Positions 15,932 to 23,625 of a DNA stretch of 36,821 nt are shown one piece after another. The notes under the pieces are model-generated. The model made no database searches, was not told the origin of the DNA, and worked only from the letters and a program-made list of their open reading frames with translations. The first letter of the stretch is position 1. Every line of letters starts with the position of its first letter. The position numbers and the translations under genes were made by a program. This DNA is from a virus, in the IMG/VR virus record IMGVR_UViG_3300045972_000070, positions 1 to 36,821 of that record; one strand, written 5' to 3'.

Positions 15932-16378
15932 ATGAGCAAAGCAATTGAAAAAGCAGAGAACGTGTTTACGGAGTTGGAGCAGGTGCGTTTCCGCATTACA
16001 ACCCAAGACCAATTTGCGGAGGTTATGGTGTGGATACGAAAGTTAAAAGACTACACTGCCAAATTTGAGGAAAAGGTAAAACAGCGAGGGGCGGAGATTA
16101 TGAGCGATTTGGATTTGCGGGAAATTGTGAGCGGAAGTTGGATTGTGCAAAAAGTTGACCCAACCGAAGTCACGGAGTACGACGCAAAAGCATTGGTGGA
16201 GATTTTGGGAATGGAGCGAGTTGTTGGATTGGGAATAAAAGTTTCCACGGCCAAGGTCAAGCAATACATCAAGAGCCGAGGCGTGACCGACGCAGAACTC
16301 GCAGAGATAAACAAGCACCAAAAAACCAAGCACAGGGACGGCTACATAAAAATTAGCGAGAAAAAAGTAAAAAAATGA
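15932..16378 (+). CDS. Hypothetical protein, possibly Gp157/Gam-like (coiled-coil N-terminus).
   Basis: A 148-aa ORF in the recombination module. The similarity is only impressionistic. Confidence 0.55.
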   Translation: MSKAIEKAENVFTELEQVRFRITTQDQFAEVMVWIRKLKDYTAKFEEKVKQRGAEIMSDLDLREIVSGSWIVQKVDPTEVTEYDAKALVEILGMERVVGLGIKVSTAKVKQYIKSRGVTDAELAEINKHQKTKHRDGYIKISEKKVKK

Positions 16379-16845
16379 AACTCAAAAAAAGAAAATTCCT
16401 ATTGAACATTACTTACACCGCCGAATGCGAAACGATTGAGCAGGGCAAGGAGGCGGTGCGAGCCTACGCAGATATGCAAGGGTTTTCAGTTATTGGAGTT
16501 TCTTTGGTTGGGAGCGGAATAAGCGACAGGCAAAAGCGGGCATTGCATTTATGGTTTTCAATGCTCGCTGACGCACTCAACGACGCAGGATTTGATATGA
16601 AAAAGACCATACGCAAGGAACTAGACATTGCTTGGACGGGACACACAGTCAAAGAGTATTTGTGGCGACCTTGCCAAATGGCTTACCTGCAAAAGAAAAG
16701 CACCAAGCAACTCAACAAGGAAACCGACATAAACGAGATTTACGACCTTGTAAACCGAGTTATAGGCGAGCGCACAGGCGTCCACGTGCCGTTCCCGAGC
16801 ATTGACGGGGCGATTGACGCAGACAGGGAAAACGGAGCGTATTAG
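16375..16845 (+). CDS. NinB-like recombination mediator.
   Basis: SDRQKRALHLWFSMLA and KKSTKQLNKETDINEIYDLVNRVIGERTGV parallel lambda NinB (RSLDQNRKLWACLGDV; STSRMRVGEFAELLELIQAFGTERGV). Confidence 0.55.
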   Translation: MKLKKRKFLLNITYTAECETIEQGKEAVRAYADMQGFSVIGVSLVGSGISDRQKRALHLWFSMLADALNDAGFDMKKTIRKELDIAWTGHTVKEYLWRPCQMAYLQKKSTKQLNKETDINEIYDLVNRVIGERTGVHVPFPSIDGAIDADRENGAY

Positions 16846-16862
16846 AGCCATTTTTGGGGGTG

Positions 16863-16891
16863 TTTACAACCTCCCGAAAGGGGCGCATAAT
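16863..16891 (+). promoter_or_regulatory. Candidate promoter P3.
   Basis: TTTACA, a 17-nt spacer, then CATAAT, in the 130-nt gap before the replication gene. Confidence 0.4.
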
Positions 16892-16915
16892 TAAAAAAAT
16901 AATAAACTTGCATAT

Positions 16916-16957
16916 AAAAAGTGACACCTTTTCTTGCAAGTTAGGGTGTCACTTTTT
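16916..16957 (+). terminator. A 42-nt near-perfect palindrome/hairpin with flanking A5 and T5 tracts. It could be an intrinsic terminator, an attenuator or an operator.
   Basis: AAAAAGTGACACC-tttt-CTTGCAAG-ttag-GGTGTCACTTTTT. It has 13-bp perfect arms and a central 8-bp palindrome. Confidence 0.55.
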
Positions 16958-16975
16958 GTAAAAAACAACAAAAAT

Positions 16976-17731
16976 ATGGAAAATAAAACGTGGATTAAGG
17001 TTTACCGCAAAATTAAAGAAAAGGCGTGGTACAAGCGGTCAGCGTACGTACACCTTTGGCTACACATATTAATTAAGGCAGAACACAGCGAAAAGGAATT
17101 TTTATGGAATGGGCAAACCCAAAAGACAAAGCGAGGACAATTCCTAACGGGACGCAAGGCGCTTTCAAAAGATACGGGCATACCCCAAAGTTCCGTGGAG
17201 GATATACTCAATTTATTCGTTAAGGACGGGCAAATCCGACAGGACAAGACAAGTAAATTTAGGCTTATCACAGTGCTTAATTACGCAGAGTATCAAACAG
17301 CCCAACAACAGCCCGACATCAAGCCGACATCAAAGCAACAACAAGCCGACATCAAGCCGACACATAATAAGAATACAAAGAACTCAAAGAACAAAAAGAA
17401 TAACAAAGATTTAATTACAAGCGACGCAAGCGTCGCAGAGAATAAAGACATTGGATTGGTTATTAAGATTTTTGAGGTTGTAAACCCGAGTTATCAGAAA
17501 ATGTTTGCGAACACCACCCAACGCCAAGCGTGCGAGAGGTTGTTGAAAAAATGGAGCGTGGCGCAAATTAGGGCGGTGGTTGAAAACGTCCTGCCAAAAC
17601 TCAACGCCGACCAATACGCCAAGGGTAAATCCATTACACCCCTGCAACTTGAAGATAATTTGGGATATATTAAAGCGTATATAGACAGCCAAAAAAACAT
17701 TAAACAAGAGCGTAATGTCACAATTATATGA
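16976..17731 (+). CDS. Replication initiator/organizer with a winged-helix N-domain.
   Basis: ENKTWIKVYRKIKEKAWYK...HLWLHILIKAEH...KRGQFLTGRKALSKDTGIPQSSVEDILNLF. Start moved from TTG 16934 to ATG 16976, downstream of the hairpin. It has a low-complexity linker and a C-terminal domain. Confidence 0.65.
   Translation: MENKTWIKVYRKIKEKAWYKRSAYVHLWLHILIKAEHSEKEFLWNGQTQKTKRGQFLTGRKALSKDTGIPQSSVEDILNLFVKDGQIRQDKTSKFRLITVLNYAEYQTAQQQPDIKPTSKQQQADIKPTHNKNTKNSKNKKNNKDLITSDASVAENKDIGLVIKIFEVVNPSYQKMFANTTQRQACERLLKKWSVAQIRAVVENVLPKLNADQYAKGKSITPLQLEDNLGYIKAYIDSQKNIKQERNVTII
17312..17366 (+). repeat. Four iteron-like 11-mers (consensus GCCGACATCAA), arranged as two adjacent pairs. This is a candidate replication origin.
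   Basis: The copies are cccgacatcaa, gccgacatcaa, a 11-nt spacer, gccgacatcaa, gccgacacata. An A/T-rich stretch follows at 17362-17420. Confidence 0.55.
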
Positions 17732-18069
17732 AAGAACTTGCATTATTTGACGGAACAAGTTATTTGTTGACGGACGAGGAAGCCAAAGCGGTTATGGCTG
17801 AAATGATGAAAGGCCAAAAAGGTTGCATTGTTTTGAGGCGGTTGGAATTAGTAGTGAATACATCAAGCATTGCCCGTTGCGGATTGCCTGAAACGATTGC
17901 ATATTTTTGGGGAATGAGAATGAATGACAGCAAAACAAAGGTTTTGCGAAATGGGGAATGGTGTGCGTTCAGTGGGGGCGCTGAATACGTTAAGCAAATT
18001 GAATACAGATTAAAAGCCGACCCGTCAATTGTGGTTGAGCAAAAAGATAATCAATTAAAAACAACATAA
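17728..18069 (+). CDS. Hypothetical protein.
   Basis: A 113-aa ORF with an ATGA overlap with the upstream gene. Confidence 0.6.
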   Translation: MKELALFDGTSYLLTDEEAKAVMAEMMKGQKGCIVLRRLELVVNTSSIARCGLPETIAYFWGMRMNDSKTKVLRNGEWCAFSGGAEYVKQIEYRLKADPSIVVEQKDNQLKTT

Positions 18070-18070
18070 A

Positions 18071-18400
18071 ATGGCTTACAAACAACAAAAAGAAAAAGAC
18101 GACGAGGAAGCCCAAGTACCCGTCAAAAGGTATGACGTTTTCAATAATAAAAACGACAGGCAATTTATACGGGACTTTGCCAAACAGTTTGGGAGTATTG
18201 GGTCACAGGCATATTGTGAACGTATGGGGTGGTTTAGAATTACCCCACGATACCCCGAGGGAGCATACCTGCACGACTATATAATTCAAATCAACGAGGC
18301 AATGGAAATTTTCAAGACCATAAAGGATTTAGAGGATTACGACAAGTTTACGGAAACGGCAACCAATGAGAGATTGGCGGAAAGCGAAAAAAAACAATGA
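18071..18400 (+). CDS. Hypothetical protein.
   Basis: A 109-aa ORF, tightly packed. Confidence 0.6.
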   Translation: MAYKQQKEKDDEEAQVPVKRYDVFNNKNDRQFIRDFAKQFGSIGSQAYCERMGWFRITPRYPEGAYLHDYIIQINEAMEIFKTIKDLEDYDKFTETATNERLAESEKKQ

Positions 18401-19029
18401 GCGATTACAAAAACATTCCAATTGTGTGCGTTTATTGTGACCGACTTGTTCCGCAGAGTGATTGGATACCCGAGCGGGCAAGGTGCAAGTATTGTGCAAA
18501 TAGAATTTTTGTTTCGCTAGACCCGCACGAGATTGAATACTGCACAAAAAAAGCGATTGAATTGGAAAACTCAAACAAGGAAACGGGGATACACCAGCCT
18601 TTGGTGGACACGAGCAAAAACAGTCTGGCCGAGGGCATATCAGGAAATTGCGCAGAGTGTGCGTTCCACAAGTTTGTGGGGAAACCATACATTAAGACAG
18701 TTTTTAGGGGCAGGGGCGACGACGGAGATTTTGAACACAAGGGATTAAAGTTGGACGTGAAAAACTGTTGCACGGAGCGTTTCAGAGGTTTAAGGATACG
18801 TGAGCAGAACTACACCAAGCACAAAGACAAATACGCAGGATATGTGGCTATGAAAAAAGTTGTGGCGCAGAGCGACGAGCATTGGGAAGTCGTGGGGACG
18901 ATTACAACGGGGATATTTGATAAAAAGAAAAAACTCGTGCAATTTAGCACCAACTTTCCTCCAATGGTTTGCGTTGAGGAATGCGATTTAAACCACCCGA
19001 ACAAAATACGGGAATGGGCAAAAAATTAG
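18397..19029 (+). CDS. Putative PD-(D/E)xK-type nuclease with an N-terminal zinc ribbon.
   Basis: It has CVYCDR...CKYCAN, then GNCAECAFHKF...GDDGDFEHKGLKLDVKN (a D...D-x-K arrangement). Confidence 0.5.
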   Translation: MSDYKNIPIVCVYCDRLVPQSDWIPERARCKYCANRIFVSLDPHEIEYCTKKAIELENSNKETGIHQPLVDTSKNSLAEGISGNCAECAFHKFVGKPYIKTVFRGRGDDGDFEHKGLKLDVKNCCTERFRGLRIREQNYTKHKDKYAGYVAMKKVVAQSDEHWEVVGTITTGIFDKKKKLVQFSTNFPPMVCVEECDLNHPNKIREWAKN

Positions 19030-19301
19030 ACACGAGCGGATACGACGAGTATTTGGATTGGTTTTGGGTTTATTGGGGATATTATTTTTGCGAGAGATGC
19101 AAGGAAAACGAGAATGACCACATATTGAGCCGACACCATATTTTTTTCCGAAGCGAAAAGCCCAACCACCCAAACTTGCACAACCACGACAACATCATTT
19201 TACTTTGTGAAAAGTGCCACGACCTCGCACACGGGGACAAAAGCATAAGGGAAAAGTGGGGAGAAAAATGGGAAAAAGCAAAAGCATTATTTTTAAATTA
19301 A
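19014..19301 (+). CDS. HNH endonuclease.
   Basis: CERC...SRHHIFFRS...NHDNIILLCEKCHDLAH. Start set at the internal ATG 19014. Confidence 0.75.
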   Translation: MGKKLDTSGYDEYLDWFWVYWGYYFCERCKENENDHILSRHHIFFRSEKPNHPNLHNHDNIILLCEKCHDLAHGDKSIREKWGEKWEKAKALFLN

Positions 19302-19309
19302 AAAACAAA

Positions 19310-19609
19310 ATGAAAAGAACATCATTTGAGGTAATTTGCGGGAGAGTTTCAAGAGCCGTGGCAAAGCGAGATAAATTTTTGAAGCGCCACCACAAAATAC
19401 TAAACAGGTACAATGAAATTGAGCAGGCGTTGAATATGCAAAAGTATTATGCTAATGAAAAATGTGAAATGTTGGCCGAGAGGGGAAAAATGAAAAGAGA
19501 GGATTTGAGATACTCGGACGACAACATTGAAGTGAGTTTTCGCTCAAACAATGGGCTAATTACTATTGACATTTTTGAGAAAATGCGCTATACTCAAAGT
19601 AATAAATAG
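19310..19609 (+). CDS. Hypothetical protein.
   Basis: Start moved to ATG 19310, just after the HNH stop. The track ORF starts at 19214, inside the HNH gene. Confidence 0.5.
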   Translation: MKRTSFEVICGRVSRAVAKRDKFLKRHHKILNRYNEIEQALNMQKYYANEKCEMLAERGKMKREDLRYSDDNIEVSFRSNNGLITIDIFEKMRYTQSNK

Positions 19610-19619
19610 AAAAAACTTT

Positions 19620-19904
19620 ATGTCAATTACAAACAAAGAATTGCACGGGCAAGTTTCCAAAAAGATTTTGGCTAATACCAAGAACGCTAGTTCCACCTCG
19701 GACGGCGTTTTTATTTTGTCCATATATTACGACAAGAAAAAGGGAACAAGCGACGCACAGACATTTATTAACGGATTGAAACCGATTGAAGCGGAAGTTT
19801 TGATTAAGGAAGTTTACGCACGGATTTATGCAGAGCGAGTTAAAAATGACCCTAAAATGAAAAAAATAAATGCCGACCTTGAAAAACGCAGACAGGGCAA
19901 GTGA
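19620..19904 (+). CDS. Hypothetical protein.
   Basis: Start moved to ATG 19620, after the upstream stop. Confidence 0.5.
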   Translation: MSITNKELHGQVSKKILANTKNASSTSDGVFILSIYYDKKKGTSDAQTFINGLKPIEAEVLIKEVYARIYAERVKNDPKMKKINADLEKRRQGK

Positions 19905-20208
19905 ACACGAAGTCCAAACGCAAATACTTAATGCTTTGGCTTTAATTGGAGTTTTCGCTTGGCGAAATAATACTGGGTGCGTGCGGAGTTCCTACAAGGG
20001 ACGGGAACGCTTCATTCGGTATGGCAAGGTCGGGTCAAGTGATATATTTGCTTTACGTAAAGGAATTTTTTACGGCATTGAAGTAAAGAGCGCAAAAGGA
20101 AAACAAAGCCACGAGCAAGCAGAGTTTCAGAGAATGATTGAGAAAAGCGGAGGGCGATACATTTTGGCACACTCGCTGAATGAGTTTATGAATAAATTTT
20201 GTGGCTAG
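19870..20208 (+). CDS. VRR-NUC domain nuclease, a Holliday-junction-resolvase-like enzyme.
   Basis: EHEVQTQILNAL...WRNNTG...GSSDIFALRKGIFYGIEVKSAKGKQSHEQAEF. Confidence 0.75.
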   Translation: MPTLKNADRASEHEVQTQILNALALIGVFAWRNNTGCVRSSYKGRERFIRYGKVGSSDIFALRKGIFYGIEVKSAKGKQSHEQAEFQRMIEKSGGRYILAHSLNEFMNKFCG

Positions 20209-20296
20209 TTTTTTTATATCTCGTTGTCCGTTCCTTTTGGATATTGGGAACTCATTAGCAAGCATTTAGTGTTTGCCAACGAGGTATAAGCAAATT

Positions 20297-20368
20297 AGCA
20301 GGTTGGAGAAGTAGCAACTCACGTGGCTCATAACCACGAGAACGGCGGTGCAAATCCGTCACCTGCAA
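20297..20368 (+). tRNA. tRNA with a CAT anticodon (Met, initiator, or Ile2 if lysidinylated). The cloverleaf is non-canonical.
   Basis: Manual fold: acceptor AGCAGGT/ACCTGCA with an A1xA72 mismatch. D-arm is GAGA-agtagca-ACTC. Anticodon arm is CGTGG-cuCAUaa-CCACG. The variable loop is agaac. T-arm is GGCGG-tgcaaat-CCGTC. Total length is 72 nt and no CCA is encoded. Confidence 0.55.
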
Positions 20369-20395
20369 CATCATTAAAAATTAAAAAACAAAACA

Positions 20396-20644
20396 ATGAA
20401 TGACGACGAAATAATTGAGTCAACAACGGAAATTAAAAAAATGTCCACCTCTTATTTTGTGAGGATTGACGACAAAAAAAGCGGGTATGGAATTTTGGTA
20501 AAGGTTTTTGAACTTTGCAACGGGGAAAAGGATTTTACTATTACCCAACCAGTCACAGAGGGCAAGGAATTTGTTTTTGAACATAGTTCCAAGCACACTT
20601 TGAAACGAATGGGAGAACTTTTAATTGAGGCAAGCAAACTATAA
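20396..20644 (+). CDS. Hypothetical protein.
   Basis: An 82-aa ORF, the first gene after the tRNA. Confidence 0.55.
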   Translation: MNDDEIIESTTEIKKMSTSYFVRIDDKKSGYGILVKVFELCNGEKDFTITQPVTEGKEFVFEHSSKHTLKRMGELLIEASKL

Positions 20645-20645
20645 T

Positions 20646-20867
20646 ATGGCAAACGAAACAAAGAAAACCAAAAGCACAAAAGTCCACACAAAAGTTTCAA
20701 AGGTTTGGACAAACGAGGATAGTGAAGCGTTTATTTGGAAAACCCATTTGGAATTGCACCATATGAAAAACAGCAAACAAAAATGCGACACGCCTACTTG
20801 CCCAATGAGGGGACGAATTTTGACAAAGGCACAAATAATAAACCTAACAACTAAAAAACGAAAATAA
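20646..20867 (+). CDS. Hypothetical basic protein.
   Basis: Start moved to ATG 20646 (MANETKKTKSTK...). Confidence 0.5.
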   Translation: MANETKKTKSTKVHTKVSKVWTNEDSEAFIWKTHLELHHMKNSKQKCDTPTCPMRGRILTKAQIINLTTKKRK

Positions 20868-20868
20868 T

Positions 20869-21084
20869 ATGTCAGACACATCAAGTTCAAGTAGCGGGAT
20901 TGGTTTTTTGGGAGCGTTGACGATTGCTTTTATTGTTTTGAAGTTGACCCACGTTATTGATTGGGATTGGTTTTGGGTTTTGTCGCCAATGATATTTGGG
21001 TTTGCAATGTTTGCGGTGGTACTTTTGGTTATTTTAATTGTAATTGGGATTACTGTTTTAAGTGATAAGAAAAAGAAAAAATAA
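20869..21084 (+). CDS. Small integral membrane protein with 2-3 TM segments.
   Basis: GFLGALTIAFIVLKL..WDWFWVLSPMIFGFAMFAVVLLVILIVIGITVL, with a KKKKK tail. Confidence 0.6.
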   Translation: MSDTSSSSSGIGFLGALTIAFIVLKLTHVIDWDWFWVLSPMIFGFAMFAVVLLVILIVIGITVLSDKKKKK

Positions 21085-21085
21085 T

Positions 21086-21328
21086 ATGGCAAAAATTAAG
21101 GCAGTGACAATTTTCTTTTCGGGGACAGTTCAGGAAAAAATTGACAATAAAATTATTGCGACAAATCAGACGGCTCATTTTGAGGTAGGGTTGAAAGTAA
21201 ACGAGGGGACACCAAACGAAAAGACAGTTATTTACATAAGCGAATTTGTTTGGAAAACGGGAGTGAAAGTTGTTTTTTCGGACGGAATTATTTGGAGGTA
21301 CAAAGGATTTAATTACATTATAAGTTAA
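21086..21328 (+). CDS. Hypothetical protein.
   Basis: Start moved to ATG 21086 (MAKIKAVTIFF...). Confidence 0.5.
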   Translation: MAKIKAVTIFFSGTVQEKIDNKIIATNQTAHFEVGLKVNEGTPNEKTVIYISEFVWKTGVKVVFSDGIIWRYKGFNYIIS

Positions 21329-21334
21329 AAACAA

Positions 21335-21961
21335 ATGAAGATTATTGAGCGAAAAGCGATAAAGGTCACAGAATTAAAACCCGCCGAGTACAACCCGAGA
21401 ATGATGTACCCCGACGAAATGCAAAACTTGATTGAGAGTTTGAAAGAATTTGGATTGGTTGAGCCGATTGTTGTGAACAAGGATATGACAGTTATTGGAG
21501 GCCACCAAAGATTGCGAGCCGTTATTGAATTGGGTTGGAAAGAGGTGGACTGCAACATTGTGGATTTGGACAAACGCAAAGAAAAGATTTTAAACATTGC
21601 GCTGAATAAAATAAGCGGAGTTTGGGACGAGGCAAAGTTGACCGATTTGATTTGCGAATTGCAAAACGACGCAATCGGATTTAATGAGGCCGAAGTCAAT
21701 CAATATCTTATACGCAAGGAAATTATGGCGGAGGCAGATAGCCGAGGCGACGCAGACGCAGACGAGGAATTGCAGGCAAGGTTTGACGCAAACGAGCGAG
21801 TGGGATTGAGTTTGGAAAAACCCGAAGCAAAAGTGAAATTGAACGGGTATGCTTTTTATGCGGGGAATATGACCGAGTACAATTTGATACGGGACTTTTT
21901 TAAGAGCAATCGCAAAGGGGAATTGGACATTCAACAACTTATAAATTTAATTGAGCAATAA
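21335..21961 (+). CDS. ParB/Srx N-terminal-domain (ParB-like nuclease) protein.
   Basis: VTELKPAEYNPRMM...LIESLKEFGLVEPIVVNKDMTVIGGHQRLRAVIELG is the classic ParB-N box. Confidence 0.8.
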   Translation: MKIIERKAIKVTELKPAEYNPRMMYPDEMQNLIESLKEFGLVEPIVVNKDMTVIGGHQRLRAVIELGWKEVDCNIVDLDKRKEKILNIALNKISGVWDEAKLTDLICELQNDAIGFNEAEVNQYLIRKEIMAEADSRGDADADEELQARFDANERVGLSLEKPEAKVKLNGYAFYAGNMTEYNLIRDFFKSNRKGELDIQQLINLIEQ

Positions 21962-21962
21962 T

Positions 21963-23228
21963 ATGGGAGAGGATTTTTACGAAAGCCCGAGAGTTTCAAG
22001 CCAGTACATTTTTTGTCCAATGCCTTTTACAATGGACACGTACGACGGGTGTACGCACAACTGCCAGTATTGTTTTTCTTATTTTGCGAGTTTAATAAAC
22101 CAAGCGAACAAAGGCAAGAACTTTTGGAGGGGAGCAAAGGGCGTTGACTTGCGACATATTGAGCGGGTTTTTAGCAATAATCCAAAGACGAAAAAGGAAA
22201 AGCAATTGTGCGCATTTGTGGAAAGGAAAATTCCAGTACATTGGGGCGGGATTACCGACCCTTTTTCAATGATTGAGGCGGAACACAAAAAGAGTTTGGG
22301 GATTTTAAAGATTTTGGCAAAGTATCAATACCCGTTTATTGTCAGCACCAAGAACAAGCGATTGGTGACGGGAGAGTATTACGAACTTTTGAAGCAGTGC
22401 GGACAAAATGCCGTGGTGCAAGTTTCGCTCATAAGCACGAACAAAAAATTGGAATTGATTGAAACCGACCCCGAGATAAAAATTGAGGATAGATTGGAAT
22501 TGATTGAAAAGGCGAGCAAGGTTTGCAAAAAGGTTGTGGTCAGAGTTCAGCCGTTCATTCCAAAGTTTTGCGACGACACTATTGAGAAAACTATTGAGGA
22601 CGTTAGCAAGGCGGGAGCGAAAGCAGTGACAGTGGAGTTTTTGAAGTTCAGTATTTTCAGTTTGACCAACCCGATATTGAAAGGGACGATACAGAAAATG
22701 GGCAGGAAGTTGGGATTTGATATGTTGAAGTATTATCAGGAAAGCGGGAGAGGCAAGGACGGGGATAGAGAGGTGTATCCGAAATTCAAAGAGCCAAGCA
22801 TAAAGAGAATGGGGGAGTTGGCACACAAGGCAGGATTGGAATTTTATGTGGCGGACAATGAAATGCGGGATATGGGGGACGGACATATTTGTTGCGGATT
22901 GCGGGACGACGAAGCGCCGAACAAAAGCGAGTTTAACATCAACAAAATGCTTTTCCTTGCAAAGAAAAAAGGAGTGGTGCGATTTGAGGATTACACGGCT
23001 ATGGACGCAGACCTTTTTGATAAGATTGGAATGGATTGGTTGAATATGGGAACGGCAGAAAAACGCAACAGGGTTATGAATATGACTTACGCAGACAGAG
23101 CAAGAATGATTTGGAACTCAAAGGGCAAGCACGGGCAGAGTATGAGTAAATTTTTTGATAAAATGAAATTCATAGGCACAGACAAAAACGGGAATAGTGT
23201 TTATGGCTATGACTTCGGAAAAAAATGA
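21963..23228 (+). CDS. Radical SAM enzyme of the SplB / DNA-repair-photolyase-like type (COG1533-like).
   Basis: The CxxxCxxC cluster is in TMDTYDGCTHNCQYCFSYF. The rest fits a TIM-barrel-like pattern. ATG 21963 lies 1 nt after the ParB-like stop. Confidence 0.75.
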   Translation: MGEDFYESPRVSSQYIFCPMPFTMDTYDGCTHNCQYCFSYFASLINQANKGKNFWRGAKGVDLRHIERVFSNNPKTKKEKQLCAFVERKIPVHWGGITDPFSMIEAEHKKSLGILKILAKYQYPFIVSTKNKRLVTGEYYELLKQCGQNAVVQVSLISTNKKLELIETDPEIKIEDRLELIEKASKVCKKVVVRVQPFIPKFCDDTIEKTIEDVSKAGAKAVTVEFLKFSIFSLTNPILKGTIQKMGRKLGFDMLKYYQESGRGKDGDREVYPKFKEPSIKRMGELAHKAGLEFYVADNEMRDMGDGHICCGLRDDEAPNKSEFNINKMLFLAKKKGVVRFEDYTAMDADLFDKIGMDWLNMGTAEKRNRVMNMTYADRARMIWNSKGKHGQSMSKFFDKMKFIGTDKNGNSVYGYDFGKK

Positions 23229-23431
23229 TTATATTACCACACTATACAACAGACGAGGCAATGGAGGCATTTGCAAAACAAAGCGGAATGAAACGGGGAG
23301 TGGATTTTGACCGAAGCGAAATGATGCCTATGCAAACACCCGAAAAGGCTTTGGTCACTTTGGGAGATTTAATGAATGGAAACCGCAAAGGGCGCAGACA
23401 CGCCGAGGCAGTAATGAGAAAAATGCAATGA
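23225..23431 (+). CDS. Hypothetical protein.
   Basis: A 68-aa ORF with an ATGA overlap with the radical SAM gene. Confidence 0.5.
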   Translation: MIILPHYTTDEAMEAFAKQSGMKRGVDFDRSEMMPMQTPEKALVTLGDLMNGNRKGRRHAEAVMRKMQ

Positions 23432-23625
23432 TACCAAGCGAGGAAATAAGAAAAATATATCAGCAACGCAAGAAGCGTGCAGACAAAAGGGAATATGACG
23501 AAATTGATATGCTTTTTGGAAGTTGCTCGCAGGTTGAGAAAAGCATTATTGAATACTTGGATAAAACGACGTTTAATCCAAAGACGCAAATACGATTGGA
23601 TAACGGCGAGATATGCAATTTATGA
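23428..23625 (+). CDS. Hypothetical protein.
   Basis: A 65-aa ORF with an ATGA overlap. Confidence 0.5.
   Translation: MIPSEEIRKIYQQRKKRADKREYDEIDMLFGSCSQVEKSIIEYLDKTTFNPKTQIRLDNGEICNL

Noticed and set aside
20220-20283. A second tRNA gene upstream of tRNA(CAT).
   Set aside because: It is only 64 nt, has no 7-nt anticodon loop or T-loop consensus, and has two arms instead of three. I kept it as an unexplained structure, not as a tRNA.
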